DNA of 62,580 nt, filler included, from Platydemus manokwari (lineage: Eukaryota), in NCBI GenBank assembly GCA_037951405.1. It is 5 parts of 5 records of this genome, joined end to end, with 100 filler letters (N's around TTAATTAATTAA, not from the genome) between each part and the next. Parts side by side here need not be neighbours in the genome. Positions count along the whole stretch, not along the records: positions 10,247 to 19,206 come from JBBMOY011322204.1; positions 19,307 to 28,744 come from JBBMOY011249541.1; 3 more parts are not named here. The stretch is one strand, 5' to 3'. Shown here piece by piece: positions 12,421-27,418 of this stretch (positions are counted from its first letter, which is position 1; each line of letters starts with the position of its first letter). The notes under the pieces are model-generated. The model was not told the DNA's origin. It saw only the letters and a list, made by a program, of their open reading frames with translations, and searched no databases. A program made the position numbers and the translations under genes.

Positions 12421-13479
12421 GTAAACATGTAACTTCTCTTATTAACTAGACTAAGTGATATGCACAATAAATTTATATCTGTAAACATTGACATGAGTCA
12501 AAACACACGTTTGTTTATGTTTACAATTGCTTATCATACATGCTATACTGTGCTCTTAAGAATATAAATATCCACAAATACTGGTGTTACGCATATGACA
12601 TATATATATATATTACTTTACGATAGATTTAAGAAACTAAAGGAGACGTCCTCTGTCTCTCTCTGTACACACACACAATCAAGAAATAAATAACAAATAT
12701 TGATACTAAATTATAATTACTATCCAAAATCTATAGAATAAATTAATCAATAACAATAATGATTATCAGAATTTTAATTATCAAAAAGGTACAATATTAA
12801 TTAACAAATAACCATGAGAATTTATTTTTAATTGTTCGACTTATTAATGCGATGCTATTGTTCTTGTTGAATTTTAATGTTGACTCTTATGCCTGAGACC
12901 ATAAGAAATCTTGGTGCCGCTTTGGTCTTACAAATGGTTGATCATAAAATTACATCAACGATGTAAAAGATTATCAATTTTCATTTGAGTTACAGAATAA
13001 TTATTGATTGAACAAGATTATTCATCATAAAAATTATCGATTTAAAATCCATTAAAAACTTAAAATTGTAAAAGGAAATGAACAGAATCAAATACTTTGA
13101 ATCTCAGTAGATAATGCAGAAAATTTGACGAGTTAAACTGATTGATTTATGGAATCCAATGTTATTTTCTTGTTTGAATGTCGATTGCTGTTTATAGATT
13201 AAATTAATTCACTTTCTCTGCTTGCCAACTAAAATATTGGTTTACACAAAAAATTGTCTTTTTTTCTGTCACTAATCACTCTAATTTTATATCATCATTA
13301 TCTTGTTTGTGGTGCGATCTCTACCTGACAATACTAGTGACGGAAACTAATCAAATCTTGGTATGCAATTTTATGAAAGAAGACTTATTTTTTTAAACAA
13401 ACTAAAGGTTGCTTTCCACTGAATCCTCTTGATGACTTTCTTAATTTAACTTTTAAATAAATGCCCCTCAGTGACAAAA

Positions 13480-14000
13480 TATATTAAGCAGTTTGCATTG
13501 CGTTGAATTACTTTGCATTGTGTATTCTGATTGTTGCTGTAATTTAGAAAAAATTTCGCGTGATAAATTGTGTATATCGTTGTAGTTTAATATTTCCTGA
13601 TTAGTATAGACAAACCTTCTTCCAATTTAGGTGGACACTGAATAAAATTAATAATCTAAATCTGAATTTTTGATTTGTTCGATTATGATATTCCACTGCA
13701 CCTTATCAATATGACACATAATCAGTGACTTATCTCGATAACTTTTTAATTATTAACAATTATGGCCACCCCTCTAATCATGGTTAGACATGGTCAATTA
13801 TTCATTTTGTTTCTCAATTTAATTCAAATTCTGTAATAAATATGGTATTCGTTACTGAAAAACTTTACCTAACAAAATTTTGATCAAAGGAATTTAGATG
13901 AGGGCTTTTATGGCAAAATTGATTGGCAAACCTAATCCATTTGCTCAATGAATATCTATTTAATATAAAAGTTGAAGTGTCACACGAATCCGTGTAAGTT
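13480..14000 (-). mobile_element. Decayed retroviral-type integrase fragment (Gypsy/Ginger-like)
   Basis: Minus strand GAVEYHNRTNQK (~13670-13700) resembles the NG.VER.NRTLK integrase motif. The surrounding frame is full of stops. Confidence 0.3.
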
Positions 14001-16495
14001 TAGCAGTAAGTTGAGGAAAGAAAATTATTTCTGTCTGGTCACTTAGTCATTATTGAATTGTTGCTCTCTTGTTTAGTCGTTTTAAAATGATTTCAAATTC
14101 TCGATTTATGGTTTTCTCAGTTGAAGTATTCGGTTGCACACTTTAAATAATCCGTTACGTTAGTGGTGTGGACATGGATTATTCTATCGGATATATTTTG
14201 TTCAATAATCTGACTTAGTATTGTTTAAGCTTAAATGGGCTCAATACTTATGTTTATCAAATACTTTGGTAACTCATAGAATCATCGAATTCATATTTTT
14301 CATTTTCATTCTGTAGAATGATGTTCTAAATACTGCCGATGACATGTACGGCGCTTCTAATTAATAATACTGTTAGAATCTTTGCGTTGTCTTTCGACAT
14401 AATCTAAAATCATAAAAATGGTTTTATTAATGAAAATCGACTAATACGAGTTAATTGAATTCTAAAAATAAATACTTGCACAATCAAACTATTAATCATT
14501 TGAGCATCTGATTAAAGTCACATAATTTCCAGGAGAAACATTTAATAGAATTTAAGAATCTGGCGACAATTTTCTGCAGAAATATTAACAGATAAATGAT
14601 AATCTATTGCTCAATAATGAATACACCAAAATTATTCACTATTTGTACTCGCAATTATCCAGCAATACAGCTTTTCAGCTATTTGAGTCTATTGTGTCCA
14701 TCTGAATCATTCTGCATAAATACTTAATTAATAACTCAAATTATTTCCTAGGAAACGTCAGGGTTGCAGTGCTATTTAACATTATTGAATTGCACATAAA
14801 TTGATTCATACGAGTGAAAATCGATATTATCGATAATTTATTACAATATAAAATCTATACAATCTAATCTATATATTGTTGTTTAATTCCGATGCTTATT
14901 TGATTTAATTTATTATGCGTGCTAAAAAGTGAATATGGGTAAAAATCAATAACTGAAACCTAATTCACACAAAATCCATAACCCATTGTAACAGATTATA
15001 CACAAAGCATTCAACAAAAATCAATATATGTGATATATAAAAAATTATAAATTGTTTATTAAGTCCAACCAAATTCCTAATCCATTGTAATAAAATATCT
15101 GCAAATAATTCGTTCATAACAGTAAATCCAAATATACGTTCTATACAAAATCACTTGACAATAACCTATAATTTAACATACACATGAAATCGTACCATGT
15201 ATTGTAATAATAAATCTGACATGAGTTCAGATCGAAAGCCAATTAAAATAATTCTTTAAATTAACCTGCAAATTTCTACTTACTCATTTTATTTATCATC
15301 CTTATTATAAATACTTCTAACTAGCAATTTTCTCTTGGAATATTTCTACTGTGATTAAATTTCATCTACGATATCTATAATGAATAAATTTGATCGACGA
15401 TTTTTGTGTCCACTGAATTACATCGATTATATTGATGTAGTTAATTGTTGGTAGCCTATCGTATAATATTTTTCAAATGATAAATTGTGCATCACATATT
15501 CTGTGATCACACCCTACATATGTAGAATATCCCTTTTCTTGTATATAATTCTTTTCATTATTTTATTCATTATCATAAAAGTTAATTTGAATGAATCTTA
15601 TCAATATTACTTTCTCAAGAAGTTTGCAGGTGCCTAGTGTATGTAAAATCAGATGATTTAATAAAACTTCCGGGTTTGTGATCAAAGTTTCGATTAAGCT
15701 TTGGTATGTACTTCATATTATATAACTGGGTATATTATAATATTGAAATAGTTGATAGAGGATTTAAATCATGATAAAAGGTGTTTATTCTCATTTTAAA
15801 TAACTTGAAGTTTATCATAAAGGTTTTAAAAATTTAGACATTTGTTGAAGGATGTTACTGTCACCTTATTGTTTCGATATTGTAATATCGAAATTTTTGT
15901 CTTCGAAGATGGGAAAACATTAATGATGACCGGTGTCATAGTTGCAATTATATTTCATATATAAGATTAAATTAAAAAGTTACAATAAAATCTGTAAATG
16001 TGACTTCGTACAATCTGTATATTTTTTAATTCCCAAGCCTCACTTTATAAAATTTTCATTGATACTAAGACAAATTATCTTCGAAAACATGCATCTCTAT
16101 TTTGGTCTTTATCAACTTAACCGAGTGAGTCGAATTTCTGTTTACATGTTCATGCTTTTTTACACGAACTTAAAGAACGAAAACACAGGTTATAATGTTT
16201 AAAAACTTAATTCTGACAATATTTTTAAATGCATCCAAGTAACTCAATTTTCAAATTTTTTTGATAAAATCAATAATTAGTAATCAAATATTCTAAATTC
16301 AAAAACCTGTGTTTTATCATTTCTAAATTTTAATTTCCCACCATTATTATATTTGAAAATTATTTACTTTATTTAAAAATAATACTCTATTAATACTCTA
16401 TTAAAAATAATTTTTAAATTACATATAAGAAATTTAGAAATAAAAATTTTGTTGTTTAAATTTTTAAATTAAGTGCATAATTTCTAAATTTAAAA

Positions 16496-16930
16496 ATGCG
16501 TTATATTTCGGGATATTTGTTGTCTGTTCTCGGTGGTAACCAAGAACCAGAAGCTGAAGATATCATCAATATTTTGTCTTCAGTTGGTATTGAAGGTGAT
16601 ATCAACAAAGCCAAAGAAGTATACAATTTATCATTATTTTATTGTGTATAAAATAGAAATATTAGGTTGTCCAAGCTATCGACTGCAGAGATGTCAATGA
16701 ATTGATCAGTGAAGGATTAAAGAAATTGGCTTCAGTCCCAACTGGTGGTGTTGCTTCATCCGCTGCCCCAGCTTCATCAGCCCCAGCTGTCGCTGCTGCC
16801 AAAGAAGGTTTGAAAATTAAATCATAAATATCGAAATTTAATATATATTCTTTCAGAAGAAAAGAAGGAAGCTGCTAAAGAATCCAGCTCTGAATCAGAT
16901 GCCGATATGGGTTTCGGTCTCTTTGACTAG
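16496..16930 (+). CDS. RPLP2: 60S acidic ribosomal protein P2 (112 aa); exons 16496-16618, 16666-16807, 16857-16930
   Basis: Spliced product MRYISGYLLSVLGGN...ILSSVGIE...LISEGLKKLASVPTGG...ESDADMGFGLFD*; 47-nt and 49-nt GT-AG introns. Confidence 0.97.
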
Positions 16931-16943
16931 ATTGCTTTTTGTT

Positions 16944-16949
16944 AATAAA
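16944..16949 (+). promoter_or_regulatory. Polyadenylation signal AATAAA of RPLP2
   Basis: Canonical hexamer 13 nt after the stop codon, but the background is AT-rich. Confidence 0.55.
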
Positions 16950-17299
16950 GTGGATGTATAAATTGATTATTTGAATTCTTTTTTATATTTTAATTATAAA
17001 AATTTTTATAGTTATTTTATATTTTATTGATTTGGATGAAAATAAAGTATATAGCGAAAAATTGTCAATTAGGAATTGTATAACTAAACTATTAACATTA
17101 TAATTTAATGATCGTATTTTTTTTGTTTAATAATTTAATTAAATGTTTTGTATTTGAAAGTAAATTTTTCCTATATTAACTGATCCTTGGGAGTTGTTAT
17201 ATAATTTTTTGTAATATGGAATGAATTTTTTAAATTAATTTTCTAGTAATCAGTTGTTTAATGATAGGACCATGTTAACTATCAAATGATCGGAGCAGT

Positions 17300-17640
17300 A
17301 GCTTTTGCTTATTGAGTTTCTGCTATTTGATTTCTGACGAAGTTTATAATACTTGCATAGTGAATCATAATTTTTAAATGATTTGATTTTTCAAAAAAGA
17401 TGGACGTAATTCTATTAACACGTTGACGCACATTTGCGTCTATAACCTTCAAACCGAAGTTCACGATGTTACATGACGGCAATAGCCATCTAAAACGAAA
17501 TGGTCTTTTTTGGACATTGCGGATATAGCGGCACAAATGTGCATTTAACAGGGTACAAATAGAAGACTAGTATCATGTTTTGGAACAATTCTTTCGGTTC
17601 ACTTAAATTTCGAACTTCATTTGTTCCTGTTTTCCGTCAA
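17300..17640 (-). mobile_element. pogo/Tigger-like DDE transposase remnant
   Basis: Minus strand HDTSLLF and HFVLDGYCRHVT resemble pogo GWMD...F and LILDGHSSH motifs. Confidence 0.4.
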
Positions 17641-17762
17641 CTTTTTCTCGCTTAAATTTGAGGTAGTGAATATTATTCGATATAATAATGGTATGTAATA
17701 TATATCATATAATGTATGTATAAAAAATTATTATTAAATGGCACTATTAATAATATATAATT

Positions 17763-17766
<4 letters not shown>

Positions 17767-17796
<30 letters not shown>
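17767..17796. repeat. (AT)n microsatellite
   Basis: Directly visible. Confidence 0.9.
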
Positions 17797-17799
<3 letters not shown>

Positions 17800-18199
17800 T
17801 AAGGAAATAAAAGTTTTTTATATAATTAAATATGGACAAATAAAATATTACTGTTCTAGTTGGTGCTAAATCCAGAAGAAATTAGAATTAATAAGGGGAA
17901 TTAATGAAATCAGTTTTTGTCTGCTGTACCGATAGATGGATAGATAATTCATTTCAAAACTTTGACTCACACAAAGACCCTATAAAATCATGTCATTCTG
18001 TAATATAAAGTGAAAAGATTTCAACAAATAACAAATCAAAATAAAAAAACCAAAATTAATGTCGTCCGAAATAACTTGCTATTTTAATTTATCCACGATC
18101 GGGTATCTGAAATTTCGAATGGAACTTCATACATGTATAAAATGCGTTGAAAAGTTAATTTAGAAAAGTTAATTTTCTGTTAATCATTGCAGAAAAAGC

Positions 18200-18620
18200 T
18201 TTGATCTAGTTCTCTGAATAAATGAAATGTCTTGTTTTTTGATTGAAGCAGTGCCAATTCAAGATAATAGCGTTTTTATAGACTGCAACTAATACGAGTT
18301 TGATCTTATTGCTACTCATCAGTATTTTGTAGGACATAGGATTCAATATTGACATAATTCGCTTATTGATAGACTCTAATACATTGAGATTTCGTTGAAA
18401 TTGGTTATATTTTTACACCTATTTTGGTTTCATAACACCATATTACTTTTGACTATCATCAAGATTCTACAATTACTTTCTTAATTTTGAGAAACTTTGA
18501 ATGAGATTAATCAAGACTTATTTCATTTGCATCACCAAACCTTTCATTCAGCATTATCATTGCAACTAACGGAACCATCTAGTTTAACTCATTTGGATGT
18601 TCATCATTTTTTAATCACGT
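18200..18620 (-). mobile_element. BEL/Pao LTR retrotransposon gag remnant
   Basis: AMIMLNERFGDANEI..KFLKIKKV resembles the L..RFG motif of BEL/Pao gag. Confidence 0.45.
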
Positions 18621-19135
18621 GAACATATTTTATCGTTAGCATTTATATTTTTGTTTACTGTTTTATTGATATCTTACACTCCTATGTATCAAACAATAAA
18701 TTTCGTCTATTTTTTTACGATATCACTTATTCATTTAAGGCTAATATTGAGCTCATATAATATTGCAGTATTCTAAACAATTTTTGTTATGGATTTTTAC
18801 AAAATTTATTTTTCGTTAAATAGTTTTATCTGATTATCGATAATCACATTCATGGAAATATAAAACAGTTAAAAGGAATTCATGAATCTGTAAAATTCTG
18901 ATGTCTGAGTGGGTTCTCCTTTAAAATTCTTGTTCCTGGTAAAAATATTGTTATTTTTAGAACTTTATATTAATGAAAAATAAAGTTTTTAGTAAATCCA
19001 CAAACTGATCTTTGCTTTAAACGAAACTCTAATGTTAGAACCACAAGGAAAATAACTTTATTTGTCTATCTAATATTGAAGAAAATGGATATTGTGGTAA
19101 TTGATATCAGTTTGTGATTCCTGACTATGAAAACA

Positions 19136-19137
<2 letters not shown>

Positions 19138-19206
<69 letters not shown>
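19138..19206. repeat. (AAT)n microsatellite running into a gap
   Basis: Directly visible. Confidence 0.97.
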
Positions 19207-19306
19207 NNNNNNNNNNNNNNNNNNNNNNNNNNNNNNNNNNNNNNNNNNNNTTAATTAATTAANNNNNNNNNNNNNNNNNNNNNNNNNNNNNNNNNNNNNN
19301 NNNNNN
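19207..19306. other. Artificial gap spacer
   Basis: N44-TTAATTAATTAA-N44. Confidence 0.97.
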
Positions 19307-21249
19307 CACACGCCTACATTTTAATTAGTGTGGGTTTTGGGTTTTTAATTATTATTATTTATTATTAATTTGTGGGGTTATATAATTTATAGGCTTGCAG
19401 CCTGCATGGGTATTATCCCGACAATATTGATAGTGAAAATATAATGAAGATATATCTAATCAAAAAATTATCCATCAATTATTGAATGTTGTAAAACTTC
19501 CGGACGGTTTGGTATGAATCTTGGTTAATTGAGTTTTTTCTGATCGTTTTTGATTTTAACGGCTACATTTGTAGTTTACTTGATCGTAGTGTGCCAAGTG
19601 TTTTGCACACTACTTGTCGAAACAGATATATGAGACCGAAATGTTAGAAAATGGATTATGTGGCTCCAATACTGAGTTGTAATAAAATTAATTGTAGCAA
19701 TCATGTGATTGATTCCATCATTCAACTATAAAATGCCTTATCCAAGCTTGTGATGGCTCTAAATTTCTGGTAAATAATTTTTAATAAAAAACATAATTAA
19801 AACAAAATTAAAATAAAAACGGTAGAGCTTTTTTGAGTATTTTGATTAAATAGACTCTTTGGTTAGGTGGATAAAATTCCTAGAACAACGGATCAGATCT
19901 AGGAATTAAAGGCTTGCAGTGTTACCTTTGATTCTGAGAGAATAGGCTAATAAACATATAAGGTAAAAATAAATAAAAAAATAAAAATCAATATGTTAAT
20001 AGATAATCAATATTTCGAAAAAGTAATAATCAAATATATAATAAAATTGGTAAATTTAATCGATCAGTAATATCTAAAAATATTCAATAATATCAATTAT
20101 ATATTAGTCATTTCATCCTCATATAGATTTTCGATAAATATTGACAGAATAACTAATGCCATACCATTTTTCAATAAGGAATTCGTAAAATTAACAGTTA
20201 AGATACTAAAAAATCCTTATATTAATTTGAAAACTTCACAATGCGATGGCATAAGTTCTCACGTCGCCTTATGTGATATTTTGAGCATGTTTTGTAGTGT
20301 TCTACGCTGTAGAGAGAGGATATTTGGTAGGCGTAAGCAGTTACTATTTTATAAAACACACATCGAAAACGAACTGGAAAGACACGACATCAAATTATGT
20401 ATCTAAATACAGTTATATTTAAACAAATCAATATCATTTCATATAGAATTTAATTATATATAAATTACGATTCTGTATCAAATTAAATCTTTAAAAATAT
20501 AATTCCATTTTAATATTCTCACAATAAGTTCTAACAGCACGATCTAATGAACGGTTCATAGTTGGCGCTTTTTGGTTTTTTTTAAAAATGTTAGGTGTTT
20601 CTTATGATGAGTTGATATGGAAGCGGGACAAAGAATTGATTTTAATACTTTTCAACCGGGTTGTATAAAGATTTTCCTCAATTGGAGAAACCATTCTATG
20701 TTTAGGTTACGGTCGGTGCGGCTGGGTAGAGCTGGTTAATTAATAACTGGTCAGTAAGAGTGGTTATTAACTAAATTGACCTTCTGTTCCTTCTTTAAGA
20801 ATGAGAATGTTAAGAAGATTTTTGGAGATTCCGAAAATATTATATTGATATAGTTGATGATTATGAGATTTAAATGATTTGATCAATCTTGATCAAGTTC
20901 GATGAAAAATGGGAGGTAATTAGATTAGGTGGTCAAAGGGTTTGTGGAAGTTAGTGATGGTTTATTTTGGTCTGTATGGGTGCAGTAAGTGGTGTATGCG
21001 TCTTTTGATATGACACTGATAGGGAAAAATGAAATAAAATGTTTTATATTCAATCGTCTAACAAATTTTGGAAGCAATAAATATTTAAGATTATAATATG
21101 TCTATTATCCATCCAACAAATTTTGAAGAGTTCAAAAGTTCCAAATAAGCGACGAATAATAACGATTAATAGCCTTACATAAAATAAATAAATATCTAAA
21201 TTGACTGTGAAAATATTAAGTGCAGATTTTTGAACAAAAATCAATAAAA

Positions 21250-22950
21250 ATGGGAATTTGTAAATGGTAATGCTAATATGAATTTATTAAAGTATTCAGA
21301 TTAGAGACGCATAAGACATTATTTCTATCAACTAGCAACACAAGGACTAGTGAAATTATTAAATTTCATCATTCCAAGCGACTCCACAACTAAGTTATGA
21401 ATTGTGGTTATAATTTTTTATGAGATATCTCGAATGTAATTATTATCATCAAATAAATACTAGCTGCTTCATTGTACTGGGTAGGTCACAAAGTCAGTCA
21501 AAAAATACAGGAATTAGGGAAATTACTCTTAAAAGGGTTGACAAACACAGTTTCGATTAACGCCCATGCCAACAGTCGATAAGATTCTTTCTATTATTAA
21601 TCCATATTTAAAAGTTACAAATCAACTGGTGCATATTAACAATGACACAAGTAATGCAAGGAAAATACTCGCATATCCATGTTCAGCAAATGAAAAACAA
21701 AATTCCTGGATATCAAGCAGACACACTCAATAGATCTAAAAAAGAAGTTGGATTCCACGGGTAACTACCAGTCTTGTTTGGTTGGTAAATTTCTTTTCTA
21801 TTATTGACTTTTAAGTGATTTTCAGCAGCCAATATTTTTGGTTATTTTCTATTCTCTGTGTGACTTTAAGGTGCTGATCCTATCTTGTACGATAATTTGT
21901 TATTCAATTGTGATAAGATCTTAACTGTATTTGTTCATAATCGAGCTTGTGATATTGCAGTTTAAATTATAACTTTCAGGTTTTATTGTTAGTTCATACG
22001 CAACAATTGTCTAGAATATCAAATGACATCAGGGGTAACAGAAGTGTAATTTGAGGTATTTCAAAAAGTACCAAGTGAATAAAATAACAAACTTAGCTGT
22101 CTAGATTTATTACTTTGAGAAAATATTTCTATTATTCAATTATAATTAGAAATTGCGTAATGCCATCCTAAAGCTTATATCAGTTTGAGTTTATTAGGAT
22201 TTCCGTGTAATTATTTTGCCTTATACCTGATGTTTCTTTGCTTCGAAAATTCTACTTCTTGTATGGAGACAAGGAGAATGACTTATGATTACCCTGCTAA
22301 TCCTTTTTGTATCACTGGTTCAAAATCAACACAAGATAAGTGACCATAGATCTGACCTGAATGTATTATGGCAGAGAAATTCTCTGCGATTAAACTTATT
22401 AAAACGAAGTAATTCTAGATGATGAAATGTATTGTCTGTTCGATATTTAATGGCTGGTATTTTTATCTGTAAATTTCAATAATCTATTGCATAATGTGAC
22501 AGTTTAGACCCGCAAGATAAACAGTAAGTGGTATGCCTAAAAATTGTCTGGACAACTCTTTCCAAAAGTGTGAGAAAGATACGTGATTGCTTGTGATATT
22601 TTACAACATCTCAAGGTTAAAATTAACAGTAACTTTAATTAATTAATCGGTTAAAATATTTAGTTGGGGCTTCGTTATCAATTGAGAATGCCTATTCTCA
22701 GAATAATAAGAAATATCTTTCGAGAATAATTGGAGATGTTTTCATCTTTAAATCGAATAATTGCTTTTAGTAAGCTTTGTGCCAATCACAAATCATGCAG
22801 GTAAGCTTTGTGTCTATTTTTGTTTTTGCTTGATATGCACTGATAAATTTTGTTTGGTCTATAGGCTCTCAGACAAGGTATATATCACATGCTTGTCTGC
22901 CAGGCTTATGTTTTGGAACATGATTCAGGTCATTTTATTTAGACTTTGAT
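21250..22950 (-). mobile_element. Highly decayed LTR-retrotransposon pol debris (Gypsy-like)
   Basis: YRLLAWALI (~21560, cf. RLQRWAL) and KHKPGRQ (~22900, cf. Y.PG..N..AD) are RNase H-like fragments. Confidence 0.25.
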
Positions 22951-23998
22951 GACCTTGAAATGATAAAATTATCCAGAAAGAATTTGCCACAGAAAAATAT
23001 TATTTTCAATTTTTCTGTCTTTAATTTTTAATTTAATTTTTATTATAAAATTATTATTTTTGTTTATATTTTAATTAATTTATTTTTTTATTTTATTAAT
23101 TAAAACTTATTTTGGACTGCATTATTGAAACAAACGGCTGTAGTTTAATTTTAATATCATTTGTTCTTTGGTTTTAAATTCCTTAGGCCAACAAACTTAG
23201 AAGGACTTAATGCCTCAGCGGACTCCAACAGACCGAGCTTCAAAGATGCTGATCAGTCGGTTTTAATGCCATCACAGATGATCAATGTTAAAATCTGTAC
23301 TTTAGCCCGTGGAAAAGCACAGTACAGTTATCAAAATTCCCGAAGAATTTGACCTTCCCAATTCGTTGCCCACGGCAAAACAGGGATTGTTTAATGCTCA
23401 GATCGCCATCACTCTCGAGCCCCCTGGCAAAATAGAAAGTGGTGATGCAAAGCTGATGTCTATTACTCAACATTCCATTTGCTCAAGAAAACTTCCAATA
23501 GAAATTTCTGCCCTTCACTACTTTTTTATCTTTTGTTCGGTTAGTCGGTTACCAGTACCCTTCCAGCTTTTGAGTTCAAACCACTTTATTGAACAAGCTC
23601 AATTCTCGTTAAGGGTGCTGTCTTCGGTCATTCAACCCTTTTTCGCTTGACTGGTCGAACCTCCAAATAAATAAAAGAATATTATGTTATATAATAAATT
23701 TTTGTTGGGTATATTGTTCCCAACATATTATTAAATCCTATTATTATAATCAATATTAAACAATGATAAGTTGAAGTGAAAATAATTGATATTATCGATA
23801 GATTCATGACTTGATTAATTGGTCATCAAACAATGAAGTCTGATAAGTATTTAGTTTTTTAATTCGTAATTGTTGAGGTTCATATATCTGAAAGCAATCA
23901 ATTATTGTAATGAAATTAGATAAGTTATTTTCCTGATGAGGATAAAATTTGTAGAAAAAAGCCGAAGTTGGTTAACAACTTAAATATAAGGAATAAAA

Positions 23999-24240
23999 CT
24001 ATTCATCATAATGTGCACCCACATTGTCCTGAAACTTTAGCCATTGTTCAGGACGAGGGTACAAACAATGCTCGAGGACGAGAGTCAATAATTCCTGGAA
24101 ATCCAGTTTAACAGCTTTACCGGAACTCAATTCTTTTCCTAATAAATAGCGAAAGAAGTGCTGGTCGTTAAGGTCTCAATCTAGTGAGTATGGAGAATGA
24201 TCAGGAAGTTCGAACTCCAATTCCTGTTGTTTGCCACAGA
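23999..24240 (-). mobile_element. mariner transposase C-terminal remnant
   Basis: ELPDHSPYSLD*DLNDQHFFRYLLGK..SRP..EQWLKFQDNVGAHYDE* corresponds to mariner HPPYSPDL..D.HLF...RW.K.....G.Y. Confidence 0.8.
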
Positions 24241-27200
24241 TTATTCTAATTTTACAAAATAATGTTTCACATTTTTCAAGGTGACATATCTCATACGAAT
24301 AAAAATCAAAATTGATTATTGTAGTTTTATTTCTGAACGTGATGTCAAACATATATTCGTAACTGATTATGATTTATAAACATCGCGAATCTGATAATTT
24401 TGTTGAATATGAATATGAGTTGATGGTAACTATTTATTGATCAAACACCAAATAAAATATCAATAAATAAATCTTTTCTTTGGCTTGTTTCGGCAAACCC
24501 CCGTGCTTGTTCGGAGATTTATAGTCAAGAGTTTGATGTGTCGAGCGTACTCAACTTGTATTTGGTGTTTTGATTTCCAAAGTGCAGATTGAAATTTTAT
24601 TTGGAATTCAAACAAAATATATCGTCGATCAATTTATTGTTGATTATGTGATGATTTTAAAATCAATAAATATTTAAATGATCTTTTTAAATAGAAAAAT
24701 ATATTGATATTAAAAAAATATAAATGAACAATTTTATTTGTTTGAATATTTTAATTAAATATACTTTTTGTGGGTTGAAATCCTTAGATTCGTTTTCAAT
24801 TTGTATTTTATAAACTAGTAATGTTTATCGACCGGGAATTGATTAGTTTAGTAAAAGCTCATTATTTATTAATTATTTATGGTTGGAATAGAAAAGCAAC
24901 CCGATTTGTCAAAATACATTTATTCTAACTCACATAGTGAAACACTTGATCTAAATTAAGTTATCGTTTTAAATTTGTTAGCTCATCGATTTCATCTAAG
25001 ATCAACAAATCATCTATCAATTTTTTCACTATCACCGAAAATCCATTTCATCTGTTATCTAATCATAATTAGATTTGTAGCTTGGAATTACTGATCATTT
25101 GTCGCTTAATGTTGTTGAGTTTTGCTTCAGTGATCTTCAACAATATCATTGAGCGTCATTGATTTGATAGCTGTTAACGACGATACATTGATAACCAAAA
25201 ACAGGTGAAAGTCAACTTGAATTAATGAGAAAGTTAAAATTCTTAGTTAAAGTTTATTTTTCATTTAATATTGTTTACTCTGGTTTGGTTATCAATTAAT
25301 AAATTTTTAGGAAATCTTAAGAGTGAAAAAAACATGTTTAATTCATTGTTGATCGGCCACCAATTACTATGTACTGTCAAGCTCAGACACAAGATTAAAC
25401 TGATCATTATTTTTCAAATATTAGTCCGTTGGTCTTAGCAATTAATGAAACCAAAATGCCAATAAGCCTACATTTATCATGCAAAAAAGCTCCTTGCCAT
25501 CCTATAGGTATTCACTAACATTGTTGATGAAACGAAAAATGGTATTTTCTTAAAACACAAATTATTGGATTTTTGGCTTATATTGAGAAAGAGTGTCCTT
25601 TGACATGCTTTCGGAATAATTAATTTTCGTGCATGAGATAATTTTATAACTTAATTTTATATATCACTGCTATGTTTGATTTATTCGTATAATTCAGTTA
25701 ATATCTCACTTTTTAGGATGTTGAATAAAGACAAAACATAGTTTTAAAACGAAGTTCCCATTCTAATCACAACACTTCTAAATGATTATTTGAGTTTTTA
25801 AATTTAATTTTTTATAATTATAAATCGAGTTAGTTAATTACGGATATGTTTAATAATAACATTGGTTATTTTTATAAAATAATTGTAAAAATTGGGAGTA
25901 TTTCTCCATTTGCTTCCAATGTTAAAAAAGAGAATCTCGCTAATTTTCAATAAATTCCAATTCGAGCTACTTTTTCCATTTTTTCAAATAATCAAATCTT
26001 AGGAAATTTTGAAGCTCTACTGTATTTAATATCTGGTATCAAACAAGTAAAAATCTTCCTGAGCATTTAAATAAAAAATTCAAAATGGTTTTAAAGAATG
26101 TAATTAATTAAATAATATAGATTTTTGCAATACATTCAAATTAAAAATTTTATTTTAGGATCCTCTTTCTTAAATTCAGCAGATTTTTCAACATTGTTTC
26201 AATGTGTCTGCATGAAAATAGTTGAATGATGCTAAGAAAACCTGGTGGAGTGTACTACTCATTCTTTAGTGTATTGAGATAATAAAGTTTATATTCTCGA
26301 TCAGGATTTTTGAAATCATCTTTGAGAAGTTCTTGCAGCTTCTTAATTTTCCTGGGACCATCCACATGATTAGTACCAATCTCGATTTTATGAAATGAAT
26401 AACCATGAATATCATGGGATATTTATTTAGTATTTTGAAAGACCGATGATAAATAATTTTTTAGTCATCTGATAATATTTTAGTGTTATTTACACCAAGG
26501 TTTATATATATATATATATATATATATACCAGAGTGTAGACTGCAAGCGTTGTCTTCCAATCTACCGATCACCTTATTAAAAATTTCCGTCTATTCATCA
26601 ATATAGAATTCGAATTCAAATTTACTGTTCCATAATTCGCTCATTAGTTGATTTGAACTGACGTCCATTTGACTCGCATTAACTATTATTCACTATTGGT
26701 AGTAAGTACTGAGTTTCGAGATTGTTTATTTACTTTATTTTAAATATTGTGTTAAATGTTATTAAAAAAACAACGTCAAAGTCCGGTTTTGATAATAGAC
26801 CATTTGTACTTAATAATTTATAAAATGTTCTCATTTCAAACCCCATTGGATTATGGTTTACATAGCAATATCGTTACGTAACATTTCTTTTCTATTTATT
26901 TATTAATTTCATCACAAGAACCGATTTTAAAAACATTTCCACTGGATGTCTCATTTTCTGTAGTGGGAAATTTCTTCGTGCAATTTTTCCCATGAAAACA
27001 AGACTTACAAAGTAATAAAAATCAAATGACAATTTAGTTTTTAATGTACAACCTATTGGAAGAGAGAATTTAGTTTGGGTTTCAATGATATAAAATTAGA
27101 TAAATTGGAATTTTATTTTCCTGGAAGTCATATGAAGAGTGAGAATTATAAACACATGAAAATGAGGATCACACACTCTTAATGTATGTGAATATAGTAT

Positions 27201-27418
27201 CTCTTGTGATAACACTAACCGATAACACTTGAATCGGTATTTACTCAATTTATTTATAATATACCATGCGATTCATAAGTCTCCATCTCTAAAACTAAAA
27301 TAAAACAACAAACACAATATCATTTATACTCACATATTTATACTCGTTGATATTAATTATTATTCACTGATTAATGTACTTTATTTCTTATGTTATTGAT
27401 CAGCTGCTTTATTACAAT

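Noticed and set aside
17659-17682. let-7 seed match TGAGGTAG
   Set aside because: No complementary arm to form a pre-miRNA hairpin.
18290-18335. Minus-strand CUGAUGAG...AAAC resembling a hammerhead ribozyme
   Set aside because: GAAA core is missing (CAAA), stems do not pair, and it lies within a gag remnant.
24975-25200. LLILDEIDEL Walker-B-like word on the minus strand
   Set aside because: Surrounded by stops, with no Walker A motif or consistent splice sites.
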